Source: an uncultured Puniceicoccaceae bacterium
GTDB lineage: Bacteria; Verrucomicrobiota; Verrucomicrobiia; Opitutales; Oceanipulchritudinaceae
Reading direction: 5' to 3'
Length of the DNA: 64,000 nt
Assembly (NCBI GenBank): GCA_963933835.1
Contig: CAWVVV010000003.1
Location: 64,001-128,000, forward strand
Positions 10,164 to 20,078 of the stretch are shown here, piece by piece; the first letter of the stretch is position 1, and the number at the start of each line of letters is the position of its first letter. Below the pieces are notes generated by a model. The model searched no databases and was not told where the DNA came from. It saw only the letters and a list, made by a program, of their open reading frames with translations. The position numbers and the translations under genes are program-made.

Positions 10164-11104
10164 ACCGAATTGCCGTCATCGACATCGGTAGCAACACGAT
10201 CAAGTGCCTTGTCGCTACTCGAGACCCTGAAGGTCGCCTTATCGCGATCTTCGAGAAATCACTGCCTGTGCGTATCTCCACTGGGATCAGTGCAGCAGAA
10301 CCCGTCCTGAGCCGAGATGCGATCGACGCTGGATCCAACGCGGTCGCCTTCCTCGTCCACGAATGCCAGAAACGGGGTCCGATCGACGCCGTAAAGATCG
10401 TCGCAACGAGTGCGGTTCGCGACGCATCCAATCGCGAGAGTTTCTGCAAACTCGTCCATCAACGCGCCGGGCAAGACGTGCGCGTGCTCACCGGTATCGA
10501 GGAAGCGCAGCTTATCGGGCTCGGCATCCAAGAGGATCCCTCTCTCTCATCGATCGGAGACGACTTCTGCATCGCCGACATTGGCGGGGGAAGCCTTGAA
10601 TTACTCAAAGTCGAAGCCTCAAAAATCACCCATTCAGCGAGCCTCCAACTCGGATCAAACCGCCTCACGGAAAAGTTTGTAAGCCATTCGCAAGATCCAC
10701 TCGACCCGAAAGAAGCAGAGGCCATTGAAAAGCACACGACCGACGCCTTCATCGCATCGAAATTCCCCATCACTGCCCCGCTTGTCGCAACCGGGGGCGT
10801 CATCACGGTGTGGCGGTCGATGTATGCGCAAGGACAGGGACTAGAACTGAACGAGATCCCACCCGAACTCCCAGCGAGCAACCTTGCAGCGTGGATCGAA
10901 CAGTTTAGAGCCATCGATTGGGAAGCGCGAAAAGCCATCCCTGGTCTACCGGTGCAACGCGCGGATGTCATTCCCACTGGATTTATCACCATCAGGGCTC
11001 TTTTGAGTTATACGGGGGTGAGTCAATTAACCCATTCGTTCTACAATCTGCGTTTCGGCGTCGCTGCTCGCGCCCTCGCTAGTTTAGAGGATTTAATGCC
11101 TTGA
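10160..11104 (+). CDS. Ppx/GppA-family phosphatase
   Basis: IDIGSNTIK, ATSAVRDASN, DIGGGSLE; ATGA overlap with rsmI. Confidence 0.92.
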   Translation: MNRIAVIDIGSNTIKCLVATRDPEGRLIAIFEKSLPVRISTGISAAEPVLSRDAIDAGSNAVAFLVHECQKRGPIDAVKIVATSAVRDASNRESFCKLVHQRAGQDVRVLTGIEEAQLIGLGIQEDPSLSSIGDDFCIADIGGGSLELLKVEASKITHSASLQLGSNRLTEKFVSHSQDPLDPKEAEAIEKHTTDAFIASKFPITAPLVATGGVITVWRSMYAQGQGLELNEIPPELPASNLAAWIEQFRAIDWEARKAIPGLPVQRADVIPTGFITIRALLSYTGVSQLTHSFYNLRFGVAARALASLEDLMP

Positions 11105-11135
11105 GCCTCACGGAAAGCCCTCACACGTTGGCCGG

Positions 11136-11645
11136 ATGGAAATCGCAAAAGACCGCGTCGTCACCCTACATTACGAGCTCACAAACCCTAAGGGAGAGGT
11201 CCTCGACAGCTCCCGTGGGCGCGAACCGCTCAATTATATTCACGGTCACGGGAATCTAATTCCTGGACTCGAGACCCGCATTATTGGTTGGGCAGCACCG
11301 CGTTCAGAAGACGTGCAAGTGCCTGCCAGCGAGGGCTACGGCGAGCACGATCCCGAAAAAACCATCCCTGCCCAGCGCAGCCAATTCCCCGCTGACGCGG
11401 AGCTTGCTCCCGGCGTCCAATTCCAAGCAGACGGCCCCCAAGGCCCCATGGTTGTGCGGATTTCAGCCGTCGATGGCGACGAGATCACCCTCGACGCCAA
11501 TCACCCGCTCGCAGGCATCGACCTGGAATTTGCAGTCGAACTCATCGAAGTCCGTGCTGCCACGGAGGACGAAATTTCCCATGGTCACGTCCACGGCCCA
11601 GAGGGTTGCGGACACTCGCCCGAAGAAACTCAAATTGCAGACTAG
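11136..11645 (+). CDS. slyD: FKBP-type peptidyl-prolyl isomerase SlyD
   Basis: GNLIPGLE, DANHPLAG, short HGHVHG tail. Confidence 0.93.
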   Translation: MEIAKDRVVTLHYELTNPKGEVLDSSRGREPLNYIHGHGNLIPGLETRIIGWAAPRSEDVQVPASEGYGEHDPEKTIPAQRSQFPADAELAPGVQFQADGPQGPMVVRISAVDGDEITLDANHPLAGIDLEFAVELIEVRAATEDEISHGHVHGPEGCGHSPEETQIAD

Positions 11646-11757
11646 CAAAAGCTTGGGTTGACGTGGGCTGAAAGATCTATCTTAAGAGTCGCAAGATTAC
11701 CCGCAGCGTATCCCTCGCAGTTGAGGAAAGTGGCTAATCGCACTAAATAAAAATAAT

Positions 11758-11961
11758 ATGAGTACAGGTATCGTTAAGTGGTTCAATTCTGAAAAGGGCT
11801 ACGGATTCATTACACCGGACGAAGGTGGTAAAGACCTTTTCGTTCATCATTCTGAAATTCAAGTCTCTGGCTATGCCACCTTGGATGAAGGCGACAAAGT
11901 AAGCTTTGAAGTCGGCGAAGGACAAAAAGGTCCTTGTGCACAGAAAGTCCAAACCGTCTAA
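11758..11961 (+). CDS. cold-shock protein
   Basis: [15 protein letters not shown] and DLFVHHS. Confidence 0.97.
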   Translation: MSTGIVKWFNSEKGYGFITPDEGGKDLFVHHSEIQVSGYATLDEGDKVSFEVGEGQKGPCAQKVQTV

Positions 11962-12043
11962 GGACGTCTGCTTTGTTGCAGTGAGCGATTTTTAGACTCG
12001 TCTTCTAGTTGCGGTATAATTCCCAAAACCCTTTCACGAGGTG

Positions 12044-12075
12044 AATCCATTTCCTTTTAGGAGATGGATTTTTTT
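12044..12075 (+). terminator. intrinsic terminator after csp
   Basis: Stem aatccatttcct/aggagatggatt followed by a T run. Confidence 0.7.
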
Positions 12076-12162
12076 ATGCCCGGATATCAGGGAGTGATCG
12101 GATAGATTACCTCAAAATCTACGTCTTGCTCTGTCTCCTGAGAGGCTTTTAATGACCGATAG

Positions 12163-13518
12163 ATGTCAAAGCTTCCTGCTCTCGATATACCAAATGTGCG
12201 CAATTTTGTCCGCTTCCGGATATTCTTCAACGCGCGCTACTACTACCCGATCTTCACGATCCTCTTTCTCGACTTCGGACTCTCACTTGAGCAGTTCACG
12301 ATGCTCAACGTCCTTTGGGCCCTGACGATCGTTTTTGCCGAAGTTCCGTCGGGTGCGCTCGCCGATGTCGTTGGACGGCGAAACCTCCTCCTTGCTGGGG
12401 CCATCCTGATGATGATCGAGATGGCTGTGCTACTGGTGGCACCACTGAATGGAGGCACTCTTACCTTAACCCTCTTTGCCATCAATCGGATCGCAAGCGG
12501 TCTCGCCGAGGCGATGGTGAGCGGAGCCGATGAAGCCCTTGCCTACGATAGCTTGAAAAAGGATGGCGATGCTTCGGCGTGGACGAAAGTGCTCGAACAC
12601 CTCGGCAAGCGCATGTCACCCATCATGGGCATCGTCATGGTAGTCGGGGCACTGACCTACGACAGCGTCTTCGTTAACTCTATTATCAACCCCATCGGAT
12701 GGAGCATACCGAAAGAGTGGCTTATTCGGGCCCCTGTTACCCTCACCTTTCTACATAGCCTCGTCGCCATCTGGACGGCTTGGAAAATGCGAGAGCCCGA
12801 GCCGATCAACTCCGATGGCCACCTCTTCGCACGCATCGGCCAAGCTTTAAAACAAATCTGGAAGGCCGTTCGCTGGCTCGGCGGCAATCGCTTTGTCCTC
12901 TTCGTCATCCTCGGCGGACTGATTCTAGATAGCGTGGCACGGCAGTTTGTCATCCTCGCGAGTGAATATTACCGGCTCATCAGTATTCCGGAGTTTGCCT
13001 TTGGATTTCTCAGCGCAGGCCTTGCTGCGTTCGGCTTCGTTTTCGCAAAGGTCAATCGCTACCTAGCCGAGCAACGCTCGCCCCTTGCAAATCTCTTCAT
13101 TCTCTCCGCCCTCCTTCTCGTCGGTCTGGTGGGGCTCAGCCTCGCCGTCCCCTACTTCGGCATTCTCTTCATACCGGTTATCTTCTTCATGTTTTCGGGG
13201 GTCACATTCCTCCAAAGCACCTATATTAATCACGAAGTAGATTCTTCACTACGCGCCACAATGCTTAGTTTCCGAGGGCTCGCGACCAATTTGGGAATGG
13301 CCGCCGCCAGCCAGGCCTACGCCATTCTTGTCGTCCGCCTCAAAGAAGCCGAGCCCGCAACGCTAACCGGAAAAGAGCTCCAAGACACGGTCTTCATCAA
13401 AGCCATCCCGTATTTTCCCATCTATTATTTAATCCTCCTCGCGATGCTTCTTATTGGAGGAGCGATTTTCATTCGCCGTAAAAGCGCCGTTATGACGGTG
13501 CCAAACAAGCCTGATTGA
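12163..13518 (+). CDS. MFS transporter
   Basis: Motif A EVPSGALADVVGRR, SGADEALAYDSL, about 12 hydrophobic segments. Confidence 0.92.
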   Translation: MSKLPALDIPNVRNFVRFRIFFNARYYYPIFTILFLDFGLSLEQFTMLNVLWALTIVFAEVPSGALADVVGRRNLLLAGAILMMIEMAVLLVAPLNGGTLTLTLFAINRIASGLAEAMVSGADEALAYDSLKKDGDASAWTKVLEHLGKRMSPIMGIVMVVGALTYDSVFVNSIINPIGWSIPKEWLIRAPVTLTFLHSLVAIWTAWKMREPEPINSDGHLFARIGQALKQIWKAVRWLGGNRFVLFVILGGLILDSVARQFVILASEYYRLISIPEFAFGFLSAGLAAFGFVFAKVNRYLAEQRSPLANLFILSALLLVGLVGLSLAVPYFGILFIPVIFFMFSGVTFLQSTYINHEVDSSLRATMLSFRGLATNLGMAAASQAYAILVVRLKEAEPATLTGKELQDTVFIKAIPYFPIYYLILLAMLLIGGAIFIRRKSAVMTVPNKPD

Positions 13519-13519
13519 C

Positions 13520-14335
13520 CTACCTAAGAACGAGCACCCCGAGCAGTTCGAGGCTTCTACGAAAACCGCTAAAGGGGATTTCGTCGTTCCAACCAGAAGA
13601 CTCCTTTTTGTCTATCGAGTTCAAGAGGTTTCCAGCGAACTTAACCAAAACAAAGCCTCCCGTATCCACTTCGCCACTACCTTCATATTAAACCAAAACA
13701 CCCGGTATTACTTTGTAGTAGTTTTTACCGACATTTTGATTATATTGAACAGCTGACACAAAACCATCGACATTCAACGCGGTATAGCCGGGAAGCAGGA
13801 CCAGCGGATCCACACTATGCTCCGGCACGAGATAGAGAATTTCGCCAGAGATATTCTGGATAACTGTTCTACACTCTTGATCAGCATGTTCACCAAATTC
13901 CATCTCGATGGGCGTAGCCGAAAAAGCATTATCTCTGAGATATGCCCTTAATAGATCGTTTCGAATGATCGTCACTCCGCTTACCAATGCCGGCCCCGGG
14001 GGCTGATGTGTAAGCGTATCTGGATTATCTGGATCTAAAGCCGCCTGGTAGACTTTAAACCCATTCGTCTTGAGCGAAAATTCCTCAAAAGTCTCGGGCC
14101 AGCCGGCGAGCGAATGAATCGTCAATCGCGGCGGAAGGCTATTCTCAGTCAAAGATTCCAGAGCGGGTTCCAGCACGATTTTGACCTCCGGCTGCACTGA
14201 ATTCAATCCACTCCTCGATAGCGGCTTCGGCTCCTCAGGAAGGGATGATGGCGGCACCTGCACACAGGCTCCAAAAGCAAGCGGAAGCATCGCTAGAGCG
14301 ACTTTAGAAGGTGAGCATGCCTTGATCGAAATCAT
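13520..14335 (-). pseudogene. hypothetical lipoprotein with probable premature TAA at 13688-13690
   Basis: Lipobox-like LAFGAC; the frame stays open 55 codons past the TAA to a TAG at 13520-13522. Confidence 0.55.
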
Positions 14336-14372
14336 TGAAAACAGAGAAATCCGAAGAGCGAGCAGCGATCTG

Positions 14373-15317
14373 TCAATGCGCTATCGAGTTCTCTTCGAGC
14401 GCCCGACCAGTGAACGCTTGAAAGAGGGTTCCAACACTCGGCGGCTGAAGGCTGGCAAACCCTCGTTCCAAGCCCTGTGCCCGCATCATTGCGTAGAAAT
14501 CTTCCACCCTGATGTCCTCAGGGAGTGCGCTCATGAAGGTTTTTCTAGGGCCATCTGCCCAGACAAAGCCTTCCATGATCGTCTCATCAACAAGCTCCTC
14601 GCTCGCCGGACTGCGAGGAATCGAGATCTGTGGCGGAAGGCTTTGAGACTCGGCAAGTTCTTGAGGAGCACCGTTCGCAACCAAGCATCCACCATCCAGA
14701 ATGCAGAGCTCATCAAAAAAGGCTGATGGCACATCCGAGGCGGTCGCAAGGACACAAGTCGTCCCAGAGGCAGCAACAGACGCAAGACAGCCCAAGGCGG
14801 CAGCGAGCTCATCTACGCCTATCGACGATGGTTCTTCGAGCAGTAGGCAACGGGGACCCGACAAAAGATTTAGTGCGATCGAAAGACGCCAGCGCTCAGC
14901 TGGAGAAAAATGACTGAATGATGCCTGCGCACGTTCCCAAAGCTCCAAATCCCTGAGCACCGCTTCAGCGCGCTCGGAAGGTGTAACCTTTGATCGGCTC
15001 AAATGCGGCGACTCCAATTTTCTTAGAAGCCTCTCCCAAACCGTCCCTGCGCTTGGATAGCTTAAATCTGCCGAAGCGAGCGCGACATCCTGACGCCAAC
15101 GAGGCGCCTTCGGCGTAAGCGCTTCGCCATCGAGGTAGAAGCGACCTTCCTTGGCCTTCTGACCGCCGGCAAGGACCTTCAGTAAGCCGCCTTTGCCCGC
15201 GCCGATGGGCCCAATGAGCCCAACCACTTTTCGCGCCGGGATCGAGAAATCGAGCTTACTGAGCCCACTCTTACCTTTGCTCGATGGACGTGCCGAGAGC
15301 GCTTCGATCCGAATCAT
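14373..15317 (-). CDS. degenerate ABC-type ATP-binding protein
   Basis: Walker A GPIGAGKG, signature FSPAERWR, Walker B LLLEEP. Confidence 0.8.
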   Translation of the reverse strand: MIRIEALSARPSSKGKSGLSKLDFSIPARKVVGLIGPIGAGKGGLLKVLAGGQKAKEGRFYLDGEALTPKAPRWRQDVALASADLSYPSAGTVWERLLRKLESPHLSRSKVTPSERAEAVLRDLELWERAQASFSHFSPAERWRLSIALNLLSGPRCLLLEEPSSIGVDELAAALGCLASVAASGTTCVLATASDVPSAFFDELCILDGGCLVANGAPQELAESQSLPPQISIPRSPASEELVDETIMEGFVWADGPRKTFMSALPEDIRVEDFYAMMRAQGLERGFASLQPPSVGTLFQAFTGRALEENSIAH

Positions 15318-15329
15318 AGGAATGCGACC

Positions 15330-15998
15330 TTAGCGCTCGTGATCAAGATCAGGCGTCGCCTGATCTATCGCATCAAAGAGAGCGCTGAGCAGCTTAGGAT
15401 CTTTGATTCCAGGCTCGGACTCGACGCCACTAGCCAGATCAACGATCTCTGGTTGGCAGATCGAGATCGCTTCACCGACGTTGGCCGGATTCAGACCACC
15501 CGCAAGAATCCAATGCTTATGCTGATATAGAGCGCTCCAATCGAGATACGCCTGCCAGTTTCCGGTATGTCCCGTTCCCCCGTACTGACCTTTGGCATAA
15601 GCATCGACCAACATTGTTTCGGCGAACTCCATGATGATTTGAGGGAAATGAAGTTCTTGAGGCGGGATCCGTGGTGCGAGCCAGAGACGTTCGGCTCCGA
15701 CAAGCCCCGACCAACCTGCAACCGTTGCGATTGCAATATCGAGGTCGAAGTGGATCTGAAAGAAGTCGAATGGCAGCTCGCGGTATTGCGCTAAAAGATC
15801 AGTCGGCGTCGCGACATCAACCAGAACCCGCTTGCCCTTTGGAATCGCCTCAAGCAACTCCGCCACACGCTCGATCGGAACAGAACGCGGCGAGCGTTCG
15901 TAGACGTTGATACCGATATAGTCCGCCCCGAGGGAAAGCGCCAACTCGATGTCTTCAAGACGGGTGATTCCACAAATTTTGATTTTGGGGCGGGTCAT
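15330..15998 (-). CDS. trpF: phosphoribosylanthranilate isomerase
   Basis: KIKICGIT, GGTGHT, ILAGGLNPANV, DLASGVE..PGIKD. Confidence 0.95.
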   Translation of the reverse strand: MTRPKIKICGITRLEDIELALSLGADYIGINVYERSPRSVPIERVAELLEAIPKGKRVLVDVATPTDLLAQYRELPFDFFQIHFDLDIAIATVAGWSGLVGAERLWLAPRIPPQELHFPQIIMEFAETMLVDAYAKGQYGGTGHTGNWQAYLDWSALYQHKHWILAGGLNPANVGEAISICQPEIVDLASGVESEPGIKDPKLLSALFDAIDQATPDLDHER

Positions 15999-16098
15999 GA
16001 TAGGCTCCATCCTGAGTAAAAAGAGACACAGGCCAAGAGGGAAAACTACCCGAAAGCCGAGATAGAACCTGCGCCCCAAGGCACAGAAAAGTAAAAAA

Positions 16099-16288
16099 GG
16101 TCTCCCCCGGAATCGCCGTGAATGTAATCAAGCTCTTGTCCTTTTGTATGGCAAAGGTGGGTGCTTCCGACCAAGCTTTTGTCTTCCGGTGTGCGGCATG
16201 ACAGCGGCCCAGCCGGGTCGAGCTCCCAAGGGAATGATTATCAGAGAAGAGCGCTTTGAAAACCTCTCGAACGCTCCAGAGGAGATTT
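16099..16288 (-). ncRNA. ssrS: 6S RNA
   Basis: About 190 nt; 5' tctcctctggagcgttcg pairs with 3' cggcgattccgggggaga; internal gggagc and gcacccacct typical of 6S; promoter upstream, T tract downstream. Confidence 0.82.
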
Positions 16289-16292
16289 ACTG

Positions 16293-16320
16293 AACCTAGC
16301 TAAATGCTCCCAGAGGTCAA
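16293..16320 (-). promoter_or_regulatory. sigma70-type promoter of 6S RNA
   Basis: TTGACC-N16-TAGGTT a few nt before the RNA 5' end. Confidence 0.65.
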
Positions 16321-16438
16321 GGGCGGCCTGAACTCTCCATATATTCAATATTCCTACATCCTTGAGATCTTTAGGGTCGCAAGATTTCGACGAGGGTTGA
16401 ATTGACCTCGTCTCGGAAGCTCTTCTCTTTCAGGAGCT

Positions 16439-16579
16439 ATGACCGAGCCCACTGAACCAGCCACTACGCCCGAACCGAAGAGTTCTGAACGCCCTTGGCC
16501 GATGTCGTGGATTCTCATCATTATCCTCGCCTACATCGCCGCACAGATAGCGTACTTTATTTTCTTCGCGAAGGCCTAG
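16439..16579 (+). CDS. 46-aa single-pass membrane protein (below ORF-track cutoff)
   Basis: AGGAG before ATG; MTEPTEPATTPEPKSSERPWPMSWILIIILAYIAAQIAYFIFFAKA*. Confidence 0.65.
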   Translation: MTEPTEPATTPEPKSSERPWPMSWILIIILAYIAAQIAYFIFFAKA

Positions 16580-16610
16580 TCCGCTCTAAAGAACTCATCC
16601 TACAGTCGTT

Positions 16611-17237
16611 TTGAAAACCCTTCTTACAGAAACCTCCTGGATACTCCTCGTCTCCCTGCCCATCATCAGCGCATTTATCGGCTGGGGAACTAATCGGCTC
16701 GCGAGGCGCATGCTCTTTCATCCGCGCAAAGCGATCAATTTCGGGCTCTTTAAAGTGCAAGGACTCATCCCCCGCCGTCATGCCGAAATTGCAGAACGCA
16801 CGGGCGAAATCGTCGCTAGGGAGCTCGTCCACGGCCATGCCCTCAAAAGTGAAATCGAGAAAATCGACCTCTCTCTCCTCCTCGATCAATCCGTCCACGG
16901 ACTCGTTCACGATCGACTGGGTCCACGCCTGAAAACAATCCACTTCCTCGGAGCTATGATCAATGCCCAGCTCCTTGACCGCCTCGAAGAAATGGCTCGT
17001 GAGGCGATGCAGGAAGAGTCGCCCAAGATTAAGGCACAGGTTGCAAAAATGGCTGAAGAACAAATCGATATTCAGCGCATCGTCCGCGAGCGCGTCGACG
17101 CCTTTGAACTGAACAAACTTGAAGACGTCGTCTGGAACCTCGCCGGCAGCGAATTTCGCCAGATCGAAATCTTCGGCGCTGTCTTAGGCTTTATGATCGG
17201 TGTCGTTCAGTTAGGGCTTGTCGCGTTTATTGGGTAG
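16611..17237 (+). CDS. DUF445-family membrane protein
   Basis: IGWGTNRLA..MLFHP, QGLIPRR, EFRQIEIFGAVLGFMIG. Confidence 0.88.
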   Translation: MKTLLTETSWILLVSLPIISAFIGWGTNRLARRMLFHPRKAINFGLFKVQGLIPRRHAEIAERTGEIVARELVHGHALKSEIEKIDLSLLLDQSVHGLVHDRLGPRLKTIHFLGAMINAQLLDRLEEMAREAMQEESPKIKAQVAKMAEEQIDIQRIVRERVDAFELNKLEDVVWNLAGSEFRQIEIFGAVLGFMIGVVQLGLVAFIG

Positions 17238-17242
17238 TTCAC

Positions 17243-17914
17243 CTACCCTAGCTCCAATTCATTGAGCATCGCCTGCGTATCCACTATAAGACTACGCAGA
17301 TCACCACCGTGGATTAGCCGGAATTCTGCTTCATGGCTAAGCAGACGGAGCTCTATACCGCGGGTATCGGAGGGTCTTAGGAGAACTGAACTGATATCAG
17401 AGGGATACTCCATGAGTGGCTCTATCTCAGGCTTTTCTTCCCATTCATCAATCACCGCAGCGAGATCGAGCGCCTCAGTGAAGTTGATCCGCACGGTATC
17501 GAGGTGACCATGAAAGCAGCGTGAAAAGGTATCGGTTGCCAGCGTTTCGAGGGAAGAAAACCCGCTCAACTCTACTTGTTGCTGATAAAGTCGTGGCTCT
17601 TTGGAATCTTGATCAAGCGAGAGACTGAGCTCAAAGTCAGGGGTACGGAGCAGTGAGCCTGCGTCCTCATGCGTGCAGGCGATTTCTTTCCTCTTCCAGC
17701 CGAAGTCATGACGAAAACTCTGAAAAAAGCCTTCGGCGAGTTCTTCGATCTCTCCACGACCAATTTTGCGGATGAAGGCCTCGGCAGCGGGGAAGCAGGT
17801 GTCGGGTTCATGATGAGACCCCTTTATGAAACCCTTCAAGCGTCGTATCCGCCCGCTGCTCGCACCGCAAAGCACGACTCTGAAATGTTTATCCGCTCGG
17901 TCTTCACCTCTCAC
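17243..17914 (-). CDS. hypothetical protein
   Basis: 223-aa ORF filling the gap; natural composition; no motif recognised. Confidence 0.7.
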   Translation of the reverse strand: MRGEDRADKHFRVVLCGASSGRIRRLKGFIKGSHHEPDTCFPAAEAFIRKIGRGEIEELAEGFFQSFRHDFGWKRKEIACTHEDAGSLLRTPDFELSLSLDQDSKEPRLYQQQVELSGFSSLETLATDTFSRCFHGHLDTVRINFTEALDLAAVIDEWEEKPEIEPLMEYPSDISSVLLRPSDTRGIELRLLSHEAEFRLIHGGDLRSLIVDTQAMLNELELG

Positions 17915-18039
17915 ATTGCAAAGCCAACGAGACCATCGGTCAGACGTCCAGCGAAGAGCTCACCGTGTTGAAGGAGAAGTGATTTTTTTCATCATCTAGG
18001 CTTGCTCCATCACTTCTCGGTCGCCTTATTGACATCGCA

Positions 18040-20073
18040 ATGCCATTAAGGAATCAAAAACGAACCGTCTTTCTCGCTGCTGCTGCGCTATCTACCGCTC
18101 TCGCTCCAAGCATGATGGCGCAAGAGGAAGTAGTGGAACTAGAGAGCTTCGATGTGACAGCGCTGCACTTTCCTGAATTGTCCGTCGAGGTCCCTAGTGC
18201 CATTTCGATTATCGAAGGAAGCGATCTAACAAACTACGGAGCTGCCACGATTCCAGAAATTTTGAGCTCAAGCGCTGGAATTGTCACTCGAAGTCTTTCG
18301 GGCACGCCCTCTCAGGCTACAATTGATATCCGCGGGATGGCTGCAACGGCCAACCAACGCGTCCTCACACTCGTCAACGGACGCCGTCTCAATCGCCCCG
18401 ACCTAGGCCAAATCAACTGGCTGCAAATCCTCCCTAGTGACGTCCAGCGGATCGAAGTCTACCGGGGCGGCCAAGGCGTCATCTACGGCGACAATGCGAT
18501 GGGCGGCCTGATCAAGATTGAAACGATCAGTCCTGCTGAACCCGGTTTATCGCTCGGCATTAATTTCGGAAGCGAGAATCTGCGCAGTGCCAACCTCTCT
18601 GCCGAAACAGATATACCCTCTGGAGGACTCCGCGTAAGCACGTTCTTCCTTCAGCAAGACGGCTATCGCGACCACTCAGAAGTCAGCGTGAGCAATATCA
18701 ACGGGACTCTAGCACTTGAACTCAACGATTGGACAACAGAGACGAGTCTACAGTATTCGCAACAGGACACAGAGATGCCAGGCGCCGTTGTCTCATTTGG
18801 ATTTCCGAACAATCCACGAGCAGCGCAGAACACGACTGACTTTGTCCGTGAAGAGAACCTCAACTTCGACGAAGTCGTACGTGGGGCCATCAGCGACACG
18901 CTCGACCTCGAAGTGATCTTCAATTTTTCCGCACGCGACCAAGAGACCTTCTTCTTTTCATACACGGAAAATGATCTGGAAAGCCTCAGCCTGAGCCCGC
19001 GATTCCACTACACAACCGGTCCCGTAGAATGGGTCTTTGGAACAGATTTAAGCAAAGACACCCTCGACGTTTCAATCTACCCTGACGAATCAAAGGGAAC
19101 ACTCTCCAATACAGCTGAAGTAGAGCGGGAAAGCTACGCGGGCTATCTTCATGCCACCTATGGAATCACCGACAGCACCTCACTGCGCGGCGGCATACGG
19201 CATCAGAGTGTAAAGACCTCAGCGTCCTCGACTGCGGGTGGCAGCGCAGCTCCAGACTTTGCTGACGCCGCTACTCACGACCTCCAAGCAGCAACCGTAG
19301 GTATTAACCACCGAATCGGCAAAAATGCCAGAGTCTGGGCACGATGGGATCGCCTCTTCCGCTTTCCAGTGACCGATGAAGTAGCGAGCTACCAAGGCTT
19401 TCTCCTCAACCCACCCTTCAATCTCGATCTGCGTCCTGAAAAAGGAAATGGATACGAAATCGGAGGTCAATTAACGGCGGGCGAATTCCTTCTTTCTGGA
19501 AACCTCTTCCTTATCGAACTGGAGGACGAAATCACTTTCTACACCGACCCTATAACCTTTGCTTCTGCGAATGTTAATCTCCCCGCCACCCAGCGCGAAG
19601 GTATCGAGATTTCACTACGCTATGAAGGCGAACGCTTCCGTGCCTCCGCAAGCTGGACTGGGCTGAGTGCTGAATTCACCGAAGGCCCGAATGATGGCAA
19701 CACGCCTGCCCTCATCCCGCGCCACCAAGTCAACCTTAGCGCAGAGGTCGACCTACTGGACAACCTCCGCTTCGGCGCCCGTGCTCTCTACCTAAGTAAA
19801 CAGTATGAAGATCAGTATTTAGATGCCGACTGGGACCAACCCTTCGGCGCACCCAATGCTGATCCCTACATTCCAGAAAGCTTCGTCGTTGATACCTACC
19901 TTAATTACGAAGTAAACGACCGCGTCTCCCTACAATTCACAATCACAAATCTCTTCGACCGCGACTATGCTCCCTACAAGCTGACCACTTACGACCTTGC
20001 TAACCCAGACGCAGACGCTTGGTATCCAGCGCCCGGCATCGGCTGGCGCTTCAGCGGTCAGTTTGAGTGGTAG
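18040..20073 (+). CDS. TonB-dependent outer-membrane receptor
   Basis: Signal peptide, plug motifs (IDIRG, LVNGRRLN, RIEVYRG...YGDNAMGGLIKI), NLFDRDY, terminal Trp. Confidence 0.95.
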   Translation: MPLRNQKRTVFLAAAALSTALAPSMMAQEEVVELESFDVTALHFPELSVEVPSAISIIEGSDLTNYGAATIPEILSSSAGIVTRSLSGTPSQATIDIRGMAATANQRVLTLVNGRRLNRPDLGQINWLQILPSDVQRIEVYRGGQGVIYGDNAMGGLIKIETISPAEPGLSLGINFGSENLRSANLSAETDIPSGGLRVSTFFLQQDGYRDHSEVSVSNINGTLALELNDWTTETSLQYSQQDTEMPGAVVSFGFPNNPRAAQNTTDFVREENLNFDEVVRGAISDTLDLEVIFNFSARDQETFFFSYTENDLESLSLSPRFHYTTGPVEWVFGTDLSKDTLDVSIYPDESKGTLSNTAEVERESYAGYLHATYGITDSTSLRGGIRHQSVKTSASSTAGGSAAPDFADAATHDLQAATVGINHRIGKNARVWARWDRLFRFPVTDEVASYQGFLLNPPFNLDLRPEKGNGYEIGGQLTAGEFLLSGNLFLIELEDEITFYTDPITFASANVNLPATQREGIEISLRYEGERFRASASWTGLSAEFTEGPNDGNTPALIPRHQVNLSAEVDLLDNLRFGARALYLSKQYEDQYLDADWDQPFGAPNADPYIPESFVVDTYLNYEVNDRVSLQFTITNLFDRDYAPYKLTTYDLANPDADAWYPAPGIGWRFSGQFEW

Positions 20074-20078
20074 ATATC

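Noticed and set aside
17915..18039. Cobalamin riboswitch or Fur box before the TonB-dependent receptor
   Set aside because: The gap is only 125 nt and has no recognisable motif.
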